A DNA stretch of 62,737 nt from Candidatus Woesearchaeota archaeon (lineage in GTDB: Archaea > Nanobdellota > Nanobdellia > SCGC-AAA011-G17 > UBA489), in the NCBI GenBank assembly GCA_018658265.1, contig JABHVN010000002.1, positions 1-62,737 on the forward strand, given 5' to 3'. Shown piece after piece: positions 18,975-27,228 of this stretch. The translations under genes and the position numbers were made by a program. The notes beneath the pieces are model-generated. The model was not told where the DNA came from. It saw nothing but the letters and a program-made list of their open reading frames with translations, and did no database searches. Within the stretch, counting starts at the first letter, position 1; every line of letters begins with the position of its first letter.

Positions 18975-20582
18975 TTAATAAATTGGCAAATTATTAGTTC
19001 CGTTTAACCAAAAGGTATATTCAAAGGCAGTCCTTCCATTAAATGCGCTGTTTAGGTCACTAACAATATATTTTATATCTGCTTTATTATTATCTGTCAC
19101 AATTTCATAGTATCCGGAATCTGCTGAACCCCAAATTCCTTTATTATAATCTGCAACGCCATTATTATCGTAATCCATTACATCTTTGAAGCAATTTAAT
19201 TTTGACCAAGGCGCTCCAACACCAGAAGATTTTCCACCAGAGATATAATACACTCCATCACCTTGATTATTTGCATCTTTTTTTTCACCAATAGTTGCTA
19301 CATGATCATGACTCAAAAAGAAAAATTGGCCATTATACTTTTTCATTAATTTGTGCAATGTTGCTTGCTCTCCTAAAAAGGTACCATTAACTTCTCCATT
19401 ATCCGTAGCCTTCAAACTACTTCGCCCATAAAAATAACAAGATATTGATGAATTTGGATCAGTTACTCCTCCATCTATATGCTCAATAAATACAAACTTC
19501 CATTTTCTATCAGAAGTTTTCAAAACCTCTTCAAACCACGATAATTGTTGGGTACCCAAGGTCCATTCATTAACATTTTGAGGAATATCCTCGGGACCGC
19601 CCATAATATCTAAAACTATTATTTGAACATCGCCAGAAGAAAAAGTATAATACTGACCTTCGGGATTACCAATAAATACTTCGCTAGGATTAGGTAAATA
19701 TTTCATTCGTGCATTATGGCTTAAATTTGCAATTTTATCAGAATGATCACATTGGTCAAGTGCACTATTGGGGTCTCCAAAACTAGTTTCTCCATCATGA
19801 TTTCCTAACTTGTAAATCATTGGTGCAGAATCAGTAATTGCACCATAAACATCCTCGCCAAGGATTAATTCATATCTTAATTCTGCTTCTCTTGCATTTT
19901 CAACAGAGGTATCTCCAGAATCTTCACCATTAATATTACACCTATCACACCCATTACAATGAGTCATAGCTTCATCTCCACCCATTACAAAAAATTCTGC
20001 TTTAGGGGAAATATCAATTATATTATTCAATGTTTGTTTATGTAAATCCATTCCATCTATAGCCCTTTGATTTGGAACTCCAGGAGCACAAACCTCATTC
20101 CTATTTCCCCTGGAATATAATCCATAATAATGGGAGTCTGCCATTGCTACAAAGGTAACTGGATTAGTATCATCCCTATCTCTTAAGGTTCTAAATGTAT
20201 ATTCTTCTCGAACTCCAAAACTAGTTCCATTAGCTTTTTTACATCTAGTTCTATAAAAATATCTTTTTCCAGGATCTAATCTATCTAATTTGAAAGTTAC
20301 TCTTTCTCCTGCTAAAACAGTTTTAATAGAAGTACTCGCTAAATATTTTTCTCTTTTATAACCCTACTCAATGTAAACATCCGCATCTTCTTTTGGAACC
20401 ATACTAACATCCATGGTAGTTAATTGGGGATTAGATAATGTTTCTTCAATAGTAAACTCTACATCGCATAAATACTTTTCAGAACTAACTAAACTTTGTG
20501 CATAAATTGATTGAATAGAAACAACTGCTACAAATAAGAATATTACTACAGAAAAAATAACCGATGCTTTCTTTGAATACAT
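18975..20582 (-). pseudogene. Secreted purple-acid-phosphatase-like metallophosphoesterase interrupted by an in-frame TAG at 20364..20366
   Basis: ORFs 20364..20582 (signal peptide MYSKKASVIFSVVIFLFVAVVSIQSIYA) and 18975..20144 share one frame. The 73 codons between them are open and encode GERVTFKLDRLDPGKRYFYRTR..EYTFRTL (PAP N-terminal Fn3-like domain) running into the metallophosphatase motifs FVAMADSH, GGDE, GNHD, FIEH, LSHDH. Confidence 0.75.
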
Positions 20583-20603
20583 AAATAAAATTAAAATTTA
20601 AAG

Positions 20604-20612
20604 TTTATAAAA
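20604..20612 (-). promoter_or_regulatory. TATA-like box (TTTTATAAA on the minus strand) upstream of the phosphoesterase ATG
   Basis: Sits about 25 nt upstream of the ATG at 20582, implying a leaderless or near-leaderless transcript; sequence only. Confidence 0.3.
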
Positions 20613-20636
20613 CTTTCACTAAGGAATAAAAATAAG

Positions 20637-20659
20637 AAAAAAAGAGGGGTTAACCTCTC
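20637..20659 (-). terminator. Hairpin plus T7 tract directly after the S-layer-like gene
   Basis: Minus strand reads GAGAGG-TTAA-CCCCTC (one mismatch) followed by TTTTTTT, starting 5 nt after the TAA of 20665..21987. Confidence 0.45.
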
Positions 20660-20664
20660 TTTAT

Positions 20665-21987
20665 TTAGTTTCTCGGATAATATTGATAATAGGTTTGACC
20701 TTCAAGAGCGCTTGTCTCTTCATCTTCATCATCATCGCTTCTAACTTTTCTAAAAGCAATAACAATAGCCAAAACTACCAATACTATCAACAAGATAAAG
20801 AATATTGCAGTTAAAACAGATTTAACAGTATCGTTAGATTGTTCTACAGTATTCTCAACTTCCACTTTAGTAGTAAAAACTAGTTCGCTTAGAACATCAG
20901 TTCCTAGCATAACTTTTGCTACCCATGTATGACTTGCAGCATCTACTGAATCATATGGTGTCACAGTAATTGTAACTTCACCAGTTGAATCCGGCATAAT
21001 AGTCAAGAAACTTGGTTGAACTACAGCTTCTCCCCATGCAGATACACCATCTACAGTTACGGAATAAACTCCAGGTTCTAATCCTAAGTTAGCCATCATC
21101 ACCTTATATTCTACTGATTCGCCAGCATTAACTACTTTTGAACTTGAATCACTATTGATTACAGTTTGTGCGCCAGCAGCTTGTGCTGTACCTTCAACAT
21201 TAAGGCTTAGAGTCTTAGTCAAAAAGCTATGACCTCTATTATACTCAATATCTACTTGTACATCATAAGTACCTGTTGCAGCATCAGATGGAATTCTTAA
21301 AAGTAAATCCATTTGCTTACTGTTATCGTTTCTTAAATGATCTTCATTCTCTTCATCAAATTCGGTGTTAAGCTCGTCAAGATAATTAACTGTGCTTATA
21401 CCTAAAGCTGGAATGGATACAGTAACTTTAACATCGTTTTCTTCTGTTTCACCTAAGTTTTCTAATCTAACTGTGGTAAACAAAGAGTTACCTGCAGCGA
21501 TTGTGCTACTTGGGTTCAAAAGAACGTCAAAAATTGCTAAGCCGTGTCTCTGCTCGTCAATAAATAAACCGAATGTTGCAGTTTCTTCATTATTTTGATC
21601 AGATGCTTCAATTCTTAATGTATAATCTTCAGAAGCTTCGATGTCTTCAGGAACATACAAAGTTAGAGTCTTTTTGTAAGTTTTTCCTTCATCAAGATTG
21701 AATAATCCTGTTGAATCTGAAATACTTCCATACTCATAACCATTAATTTTAGCGGTGATTTCAACATCTTCTACAGTTGCATTTGCAATTAACCATACTT
21801 CAATGTCTAATCTCTCTCCCCTTTCTATATCAAGGGCTGTGTTTACGTCAGTTTCTAAGCCGTTTACTTTGATTATATCAAATGAATAATCATTTGTACT
21901 TGCGCTAACAGATACAGCTGTACCTACCAATGCTACCAAAGCTAGAACAAAGAAAGCTATATTTTTCATGTGTCTTGTCATTTTCAT
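20665..21987 (-). CDS. S-layer-like / CARDB-repeat surface protein with C-terminal TM anchor and acidic tail
   Basis: Signal peptide (..VGTAVSVSAS), beta-rich repeats with CARDB-like RLENLGETEENDVKVTVSIPALG, C-terminal helix LTAIFFILLIVLVVLAIVIAF followed by RKVRSDDDEDEE. Has its own TATA box, a GGGGGG Shine-Dalgarno-like element and a terminator. Confidence 0.75.
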   Translation of the reverse strand: MKMTRHMKNIAFFVLALVALVGTAVSVSASTNDYSFDIIKVNGLETDVNTALDIERGERLDIEVWLIANATVEDVEITAKINGYEYGSISDSTGLFNLDEGKTYKKTLTLYVPEDIEASEDYTLRIEASDQNNEETATFGLFIDEQRHGLAIFDVLLNPSSTIAAGNSLFTTVRLENLGETEENDVKVTVSIPALGISTVNYLDELNTEFDEENEDHLRNDNSKQMDLLLRIPSDAATGTYDVQVDIEYNRGHSFLTKTLSLNVEGTAQAAGAQTVINSDSSSKVVNAGESVEYKVMMANLGLEPGVYSVTVDGVSAWGEAVVQPSFLTIMPDSTGEVTITVTPYDSVDAASHTWVAKVMLGTDVLSELVFTTKVEVENTVEQSNDTVKSVLTAIFFILLIVLVVLAIVIAFRKVRSDDDEDEETSALEGQTYYQYYPRN

Positions 21988-22068
21988 CTTTAGTTAACCC
22001 CCCTAAAGGATCGTAATGTCAGTCTCTACATATAGTAGATTCTGTTACTATTGGTCGGTTAAGAATGC

Positions 22069-22076
22069 TATATAAA
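22069..22076 (-). promoter_or_regulatory. Consensus archaeal TATA box (TTTATATA on the minus strand) for the S-layer-like gene
   Basis: Exact TTTATATA about 85 nt upstream of the ATG at 21987, followed by GGGGGG about 10 nt before the ATG. Confidence 0.4.
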
Positions 22077-22181
22077 CCTTTCGATGGTAAATATATATTT
22101 CGTTACTCTCTAATAATCATATATTACAGAGCCTCTATTTACCATACGCTAATACTGCTAATTAAAGTAAATCAAGAAAGC

Positions 22182-22189
22182 TTTTAAAT
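22182..22189 (+). promoter_or_regulatory. TATA-like box (TTTTAAAT) upstream of tRNA-Trp
   Basis: Centre lies about 28 nt upstream of tRNA position 1 at 22214. Confidence 0.35.
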
Positions 22190-22213
22190 CACATGGTCAA
22201 ATAATCACTCGAA

Positions 22214-22287
22214 GGGGATATAGCATAATCTGGTTAGTGTTGCCGCCTCCAGAGCGGCGTGTCCAGGTTCAAATCCTGGTATCCCCA
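22214..22287 (+). tRNA. tRNA-Trp (anticodon CCA)
   Basis: Manual cloverleaf: acceptor GGGGATA/TATCCCC, D stem GCAT/GTGT (two G:U pairs), anticodon stem GCCGC/GCGGC with loop CTCCAGA, T arm CCAGG-TTCAAAT-CCTGG, discriminator A, 74 nt, no intron, no encoded CCA. Confidence 0.88.
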
Positions 22288-22289
22288 GA

Positions 22290-22673
22290 TCATTCTTCTT
22301 CTTTGAATGTTGAGGCAATATCAATGATGTATTTTCCTTCAGATAACTTATACACTAAAGGTTCACCCTTAAACAAATCTACTAAATCAATTTCAAAATG
22401 TCCAGGTTTCAAAACACGGATAGATTCTAAGTCTAAAACTACTGGCAAATCTTTTTTGTTCTCATCGTCACTTTTTTCGCCAACAAGTTCCATGGCATCT
22501 TTTTCCATTTGAACTTTGTCAACAGTACTTAGACTAGTAGTAAGTTTTTTTGCTTCTTCAATGGATTTTTCTTTCATGAAGAAAAAGAATTTTCCACCAC
22601 AAGTACATCCTGTAAGAACTTCTCTAGAACCATCTTCATATAACTTAGAACATCTTACACATTGGTGAGGCAT
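22290..22673 (-). CDS. Zn-ribbon protein (archaeal DUF2072-like)
   Basis: N-terminal CVRC..x14..CTC zinc ribbon (MPHQCVRCSKLYEDGSREVLTGCTCGGKFFFF). Lies in the conserved archaeal neighbourhood with a DUF2073-like protein and a small GTPase. Confidence 0.7.
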   Translation of the reverse strand: MPHQCVRCSKLYEDGSREVLTGCTCGGKFFFFMKEKSIEEAKKLTTSLSTVDKVQMEKDAMELVGEKSDDENKKDLPVVLDLESIRVLKPGHFEIDLVDLFKGEPLVYKLSEGKYIIDIASTFKEEE

Positions 22674-23158
22674 TAGCGTTTCCTCTTAACTGTTCTTGCA
22701 GTTCTTTTCTTAACTGTTTTTCTAGAAGTTTTCTTTGCCGTTTTTTTCTTTGTTACCTTTTTAGGTTTAGCTTTAGACCTCATACCACCCATTCCAGGTA
22801 GAGTAAATAACTCAATCTTATTTGGATTTCTTCTAATTTCCTTAACAACTGTAGAAGGACCTATTATAGTAATACCATCTCTTTGGCCAATCAAGAACTT
22901 GACCATTTCTTTTTTTACTTTGTTAAAAAACTGTAAATTATTTTCTTCAGGGTAAATAGTGCAAATTTCAACACCCCTAAAGCTCTTATTAATTTGAGAC
23001 ATAGTTTCCATAATCAACAATGTTTCCTCTTCAGGTTTTAATCTTCCTTGTAAAAGAACTATCTTCTCTTGTTTAACTATATCTAATAATTTCAAAACTC
23101 TATCCTTTGAGGGGAGATTCTCTATTTCTCCATAAGGTACAAATTGTATTGTTAACAT
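22673..23158 (-). CDS. DUF2073-like archaeal protein with a Lys/Arg-rich C-terminal tail
   Basis: MLTIQFVPYGEIENL..LLQGRLKPEEE core recalled as DUF2073-like; the last ~35 aa are KAKPKKVTKKKTAKKTSRKTVKKRTARTVKRKR. Confidence 0.65.
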   Translation of the reverse strand: MLTIQFVPYGEIENLPSKDRVLKLLDIVKQEKIVLLQGRLKPEEETLLIMETMSQINKSFRGVEICTIYPEENNLQFFNKVKKEMVKFLIGQRDGITIIGPSTVVKEIRRNPNKIELFTLPGMGGMRSKAKPKKVTKKKTAKKTSRKTVKKRTARTVKRKR

Positions 23159-23170
23159 CTAAATCACCTC

Positions 23171-23956
23171 TTAAATAAGTCTAAACAAAGACTCATAAAA
23201 CTCCTCCATATTCTTTCCCTTTTCTGCACTTATTCCAACAACCTCATATTGAGGGAATGCATTTTCAACCCTTCTAATGTTGGACTTTTTCAAATCAGCT
23301 TTATTAGCAACAATTAATACAGGAATATCTCTTGCAGCAAGGTTGCCTATTATAGTAACGTTAACTTGTGAATATGGATTCTCAGTTGAATCTAATACGA
23401 CTAAACAAACATCAACTTCATTCAACCATTTAATTGCTTCAATAACTCCCTTGGTTGCTTCTTTAGCTCTTTCTTTAGCTTGCTTATTCTTCATCTTGTA
23501 AGTCAAAAATTCTTCATAATCAATTTTAGTTGCAATACCTGGAGTGTCTACAATATTAAATGACATTTCCTTGCCATTATATTTGATTGTAACTTGTTCC
23601 TTAACTTGAACATTTCTAGTCTCGTGAGGTATTTTAGAAACGGAACCCATTCTTTCGCCCAACCAGTCCGTACAAATCTTATTTGCAAGGGTAGTTTTTC
23701 CTGCATTAGGTGGACCATAAATTCCCAATTTGATATTTTTCTTCTTAGCAAACATTTTGCCAATCATTCTATTAACAAAATTTCTAATAAATTTGATAAC
23801 TAGTCCCTCTTTAGGCTTAGTTTCTTTTTTATCTGTTTTAACAGCCTTTTTTGTAACCTTTGCAGTCTTCTTTGCTTTAGCTGCCTTAGAATTTCTCGGT
23901 TTAGCTTGACTTCTCTTAGTTGTCTTTGCCCTTTTTCTAGCTTTTTTTGCTGCCAT
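23171..23956 (-). CDS. Small P-loop GTPase with a ~50-aa Lys/Ala-rich N-terminal extension
   Basis: G1 GPPNAGKTTL, G3 DTPG, G4 NKADL; N-terminus MAAKKARKRAKTTKRSQAKPRNSKAAKAKKTAKVTKKAVKTDKKETKPKEG. Confidence 0.85.
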   Translation of the reverse strand: MAAKKARKRAKTTKRSQAKPRNSKAAKAKKTAKVTKKAVKTDKKETKPKEGLVIKFIRNFVNRMIGKMFAKKKNIKLGIYGPPNAGKTTLANKICTDWLGERMGSVSKIPHETRNVQVKEQVTIKYNGKEMSFNIVDTPGIATKIDYEEFLTYKMKNKQAKERAKEATKGVIEAIKWLNEVDVCLVVLDSTENPYSQVNVTIIGNLAARDIPVLIVANKADLKKSNIRRVENAFPQYEVVGISAEKGKNMEEFYESLFRLI

Positions 23957-24040
23957 TAATTAATCATCCCTTTTACGCTTAAAGATACTCTAAAATTATG
24001 TTGGATATTTTTAAGCATTTCGTTGCTAAAAACCTTATAG

Positions 24041-24463
24041 TTAAATATCCAAGACAATAGTAGCCTTGTATCCCTCTTTTTCCTTCTTCAAACTAAACAT
24101 ATGCATTGTAACTGCTTTCACATCAGTGTTTAATTCTTGTTTTTCCTGGTTTATTTTATCTCCCATAAATTTAGCTTTAATTTTATGATTTTCAGTGATT
24201 TTTACATTACATTTTTTGAAAATTAAAGATTCTGTATCTTTCAAATAAACAATTTCTTCTAAAAATTCATACAATAAATCTTCAATATTTTCATTTTCAG
24301 CTGTGTATGTATAGGTTTCTGTATCATTCAAAGTATCTAAATCTGCAATTGTTTCAAAAACAGCATCGCCGCATGCCTCAAAGACTTCATTCAAATTGCT
24401 CCCTGTTGCTTCAAAAGCTACATCAGCAATTGCTACATCTTCTAAAAATTTATGAGATTTCAT
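24041..24463 (-). CDS. Archease (RtcB activator)
   Basis: FLEDVAIADVAFEATGSNLNEVFEACGDAV N-terminus, ~140 aa, overlaps the rtcB stop by 4 nt. Confidence 0.88.
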   Translation of the reverse strand: MKSHKFLEDVAIADVAFEATGSNLNEVFEACGDAVFETIADLDTLNDTETYTYTAENENIEDLLYEFLEEIVYLKDTESLIFKKCNVKITENHKIKAKFMGDKINQEKQELNTDVKAVTMHMFSLKKEKEGYKATIVLDI

Positions 24464-25920
24464 CCTTTAACATTTCCAATTGGATTAAATCCAACAACCT
24501 TTCTTGCAATACCATATGCATCTAATATATCCACTACAGAATTAATATCTTTGTAAGCCTTACCTGCTTCTTCTGCAAGTCCATTCATACTTGAAGATCT
24601 AACATAAATTCCTTTCTTCATCATTTGTTCTTGTAATTCCTTTCCTTTGAATTCTTGTTTAGCTTTTGTTCTTGACATTGTTCTTCCTGAACCATGTGCA
24701 GTACTTCCAAAAGTTTCATCCATTGCCTTTTGAGTTCCAACTAACAAATGTGAACCTGTTTCCATACTTCCACCAAGAATAACTGGTTGCCCAACAGATC
24801 TATATTTAGGACACAACTCTCTATGTTTTGGAGGGAATGCTCTTGTTGCACCCTTTCTATGGACAACAACTTTTTTTATTTTGTTATCAATTTTATGTTC
24901 CTCGACTTTAGCGATATTATGTGCAACATCATAAACTAAATTCATTTCCATTTGTTCTTGAGTTTTTTTGAAAATACTTGAAAAAGCCTCTCTAATTCTA
25001 TGAGTTATCACTTGTCTATTAGCGAAAGCCATATTCGATGCACAAGCCATTGCTTTGTAATAATCTTGCCCTTCATCTGAATTAAATGGTGCACAGGCTA
25101 ATTCTCTATCATTAACTTTAATCCCATATTTATCCATAGACTTGTCAAAAACTTTCAAATAATCGGTTGCAACTTGGTGTCCAAATCCTCTTGAACCACA
25201 ATGAACCATAATAACAACTTGATCATCTCCAATGATTCCAAATTTCTTTGCGACATCCTCATCAAAAACATTCATTGATTTTGCTAATTGAATTTCTAAA
25301 TAATGATTTCCAGAGCCTAAAGTTCCTAATTGATTAATTCCTCTTTTTCTTGCTCTCTCTGAAACTTTCTCCACATCTGCTTGTTCTATTTTACCATAAC
25401 CTTCAGTATTCCACATATCACTTTCTACACCATAACCATTTTCAACACACCATTTAACGCCATCAACCATGATGTCATCAAACTGTTGATTATTTAATTT
25501 CAAAAAACCCTTACACCCTACACCAGAAGGAACCGTTGTAAACAAATTATCAACTAAATTTTTTAATTGAGGTTTAACTTCCTTATAACTCAAATTAGTT
25601 GTAATTAATCTCATACCGCAATTAATATCAAATCCAATTCCACCAGGACTAATAATTCCTTCATTAACATCAAACGCTGCAACGCCACCAATTGGAAAAC
25701 CATATCCCCAATGTCCATCAGGCATACAGAGTGCTTTTTTTTGTATTCCAGGTAAACATGCTATGTTTGTTACTTGATCAAAAACGCCCTTGTCCATTCC
25801 TTTCAAAAGAGCTTCATTAGCAATAATTCTAGCAGGAACATTCATTCCTTTTTTGTAACTAGCGGGCAATTCCCATTCAAATTCAGAAATCTTCTTTATT
25901 TCTTTAGGCACTTCAGACAT
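24460..25920 (-). CDS. rtcB: RtcB RNA 3'-phosphate ligase (tRNA-splicing ligase)
   Basis: 486 aa; motifs PDGHWGYGFPIGG, GFDINCGMR, GSGNHY, HCGSRGFGHQ, HGSGR; normal length, no intein. Confidence 0.95.
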   Translation of the reverse strand: MSEVPKEIKKISEFEWELPASYKKGMNVPARIIANEALLKGMDKGVFDQVTNIACLPGIQKKALCMPDGHWGYGFPIGGVAAFDVNEGIISPGGIGFDINCGMRLITTNLSYKEVKPQLKNLVDNLFTTVPSGVGCKGFLKLNNQQFDDIMVDGVKWCVENGYGVESDMWNTEGYGKIEQADVEKVSERARKRGINQLGTLGSGNHYLEIQLAKSMNVFDEDVAKKFGIIGDDQVVIMVHCGSRGFGHQVATDYLKVFDKSMDKYGIKVNDRELACAPFNSDEGQDYYKAMACASNMAFANRQVITHRIREAFSSIFKKTQEQMEMNLVYDVAHNIAKVEEHKIDNKIKKVVVHRKGATRAFPPKHRELCPKYRSVGQPVILGGSMETGSHLLVGTQKAMDETFGSTAHGSGRTMSRTKAKQEFKGKELQEQMMKKGIYVRSSSMNGLAEEAGKAYKDINSVVDILDAYGIARKVVGFNPIGNVKG

Positions 25921-25999
25921 AATCCAGATTAGTTTAAAACTTATTTAAATGTTCTGTAGAGTTAGTTAAGCTTATTAATATAGAGTAATCCATTAATTT

Positions 26000-26212
26000 A
26001 TGTTCCATAGAATAAAAAAGTTAAAACCTTTCAATCAAGCAATGTTTACTTTGATGATTGGTTTTGCAGTTGTTGCTTTTTGGAGAGGTACTTGGGGTTT
26101 GATGGATGTATACCTTCTTCCAGACAACTATGAATTAAGTTCTTGGGTTTCTGTAATAATTGGATTATTTGTACTTTGGATAACACACCATTGGACAAAA
26201 GAATTAGCTTAA
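26000..26212 (+). CDS. Small two-TM membrane protein
   Basis: Two hydrophobic helices (FTLMIGFAVVAFW; WVSVIIGLFVLWI); no recognised family. Confidence 0.45.
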   Translation: MFHRIKKLKPFNQAMFTLMIGFAVVAFWRGTWGLMDVYLLPDNYELSSWVSVIIGLFVLWITHHWTKELA

Positions 26213-26231
26213 TTAAAAAAAGTTAACCCTA

Positions 26232-26575
26232 TTAACCATAAATTAAAGCGCCTACAATTATGAAAATATAACAAATTTCCCAAAGAATATATGTTATAAC
26301 CAAAGGCTTTTCTTTATGTACAATTCCATAAAAGATCATTACCAAAGCTACAAAAAATAAGATATCCAAGAAACTACAGAAATTCCTGCCACATTTTTTT
26401 CAACCCATATTTTTAAGATTTGGGGAATAGTCATAACCAAACCAAAAAAACCAGCAGCATAAACCAGTTTATCCAAATTATTTTTTAGTTTATTTGGATG
26501 AGGATACTTTTCAAATTTTGTATGTACCCGTTTTCTAATATGTTGATGACTCTTTACATGCGTATCATGAACCAT
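26232..26575 (-). pseudogene. PQ-loop / SemiSWEET-like 3-TM transporter split by a -1 frame change at T6 (T TTT TTG TAG)
   Basis: The 0-frame ORF 26348..26575 carries TM1 with the PQILK motif and half of TM2, then stops at TAG 26348..26350. The -1 frame continues FFVALVMIFYGIVHKEKPLVITYILWEICYIFIIVGALIYG to TAA at 26232, completing TM2 and TM3. Confidence 0.65.
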
Positions 26576-26645
26576 ATTCAGAATTCAAAATAAAAACTAT
26601 ATAAAACTACCCATAAACGAAATTAAAAAATAAAAATTGAGGTTA

Positions 26646-27227
26646 CTATAACCTCTTTTCAACTTCTTCCCAATTAATTATTTTGAAGAAATTTTCGATC
26701 CATTCAGCTCTTCTGTTTTGATATTTCAAATAATATGCATGTTCCCATACATCGCAAACTAAAAGAATTTTGTATCCGGGAATGAAAACTTTTTGATGAT
26801 TCTCAACAGAGAATATTTTCAAATCTCCACTAGGACCTTTTGCTAAAACTCCCCAACCTGAACCTTCAACAGTCAAAGTCACTTTAGAAAATTCTTCTTT
26901 AAATTTATCAAAACTTCCAAAAGATTCTTCAATAGCTTCAAAAGTAGCACCTGTTGCAATATTATCTTCACTTCCAGATCTTAAATTGTTCCAGAAATAG
27001 CTATGTAATACATGTCCTGCACCATGAAATGCCAATTCCTTTTCCCAATGCTTAACTAAAGTATAGTCTCCTTTTTCACGACATTCTTTTAATTTAGCTA
27101 CAGCATTGTTCAAACCAGCAACATATCCTGCATGATGTTTAGTATGATGCAATTCCAAGGTTTCCTTATCATAATAAGGTTCCAAGGAATCATAACCATA
27201 ATTTAATTCTGGTAATTTATATTCCAT
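26646..27227 (-). CDS. sod: Fe/Mn superoxide dismutase
   Basis: LPELNYGYDSLEPY..ELHHTKHH, DVWEHAYYLKYQNRR; 193 aa; ends in TAG at the expected C-terminus. Confidence 0.95.
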   Translation of the reverse strand: MEYKLPELNYGYDSLEPYYDKETLELHHTKHHAGYVAGLNNAVAKLKECREKGDYTLVKHWEKELAFHGAGHVLHSYFWNNLRSGSEDNIATGATFEAIEESFGSFDKFKEEFSKVTLTVEGSGWGVLAKGPSGDLKIFSVENHQKVFIPGYKILLVCDVWEHAYYLKYQNRRAEWIENFFKIINWEEVEKRL

Positions 27228-27228
27228 T

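Noticed and set aside
6174-21987. Type IV pilin-like (class III) signal peptides or sortase/PGF-type sorting signals in the surface island
   Set aside because: I scanned the N-termini for the basic-(G/A/S)-hydrophobic prepilin pattern and the C-termini for known sorting motifs. I found only ordinary Sec-type signals, uncleaved anchors and TM-plus-basic tails, so I do not call it an archaeal type IV pilus locus.
22237-22512. Plus-strand 91-aa ORF
   Set aside because: It starts inside tRNA-Trp and runs antisense to the Zn-ribbon gene; it has no motifs.
24460-25920. Possible inteins in RtcB, aIF5B or SMC
   Set aside because: Lengths (486, 573 and 1141 aa) and motif spacing are normal, with no Cys/Ser...HN splice-junction insertions.
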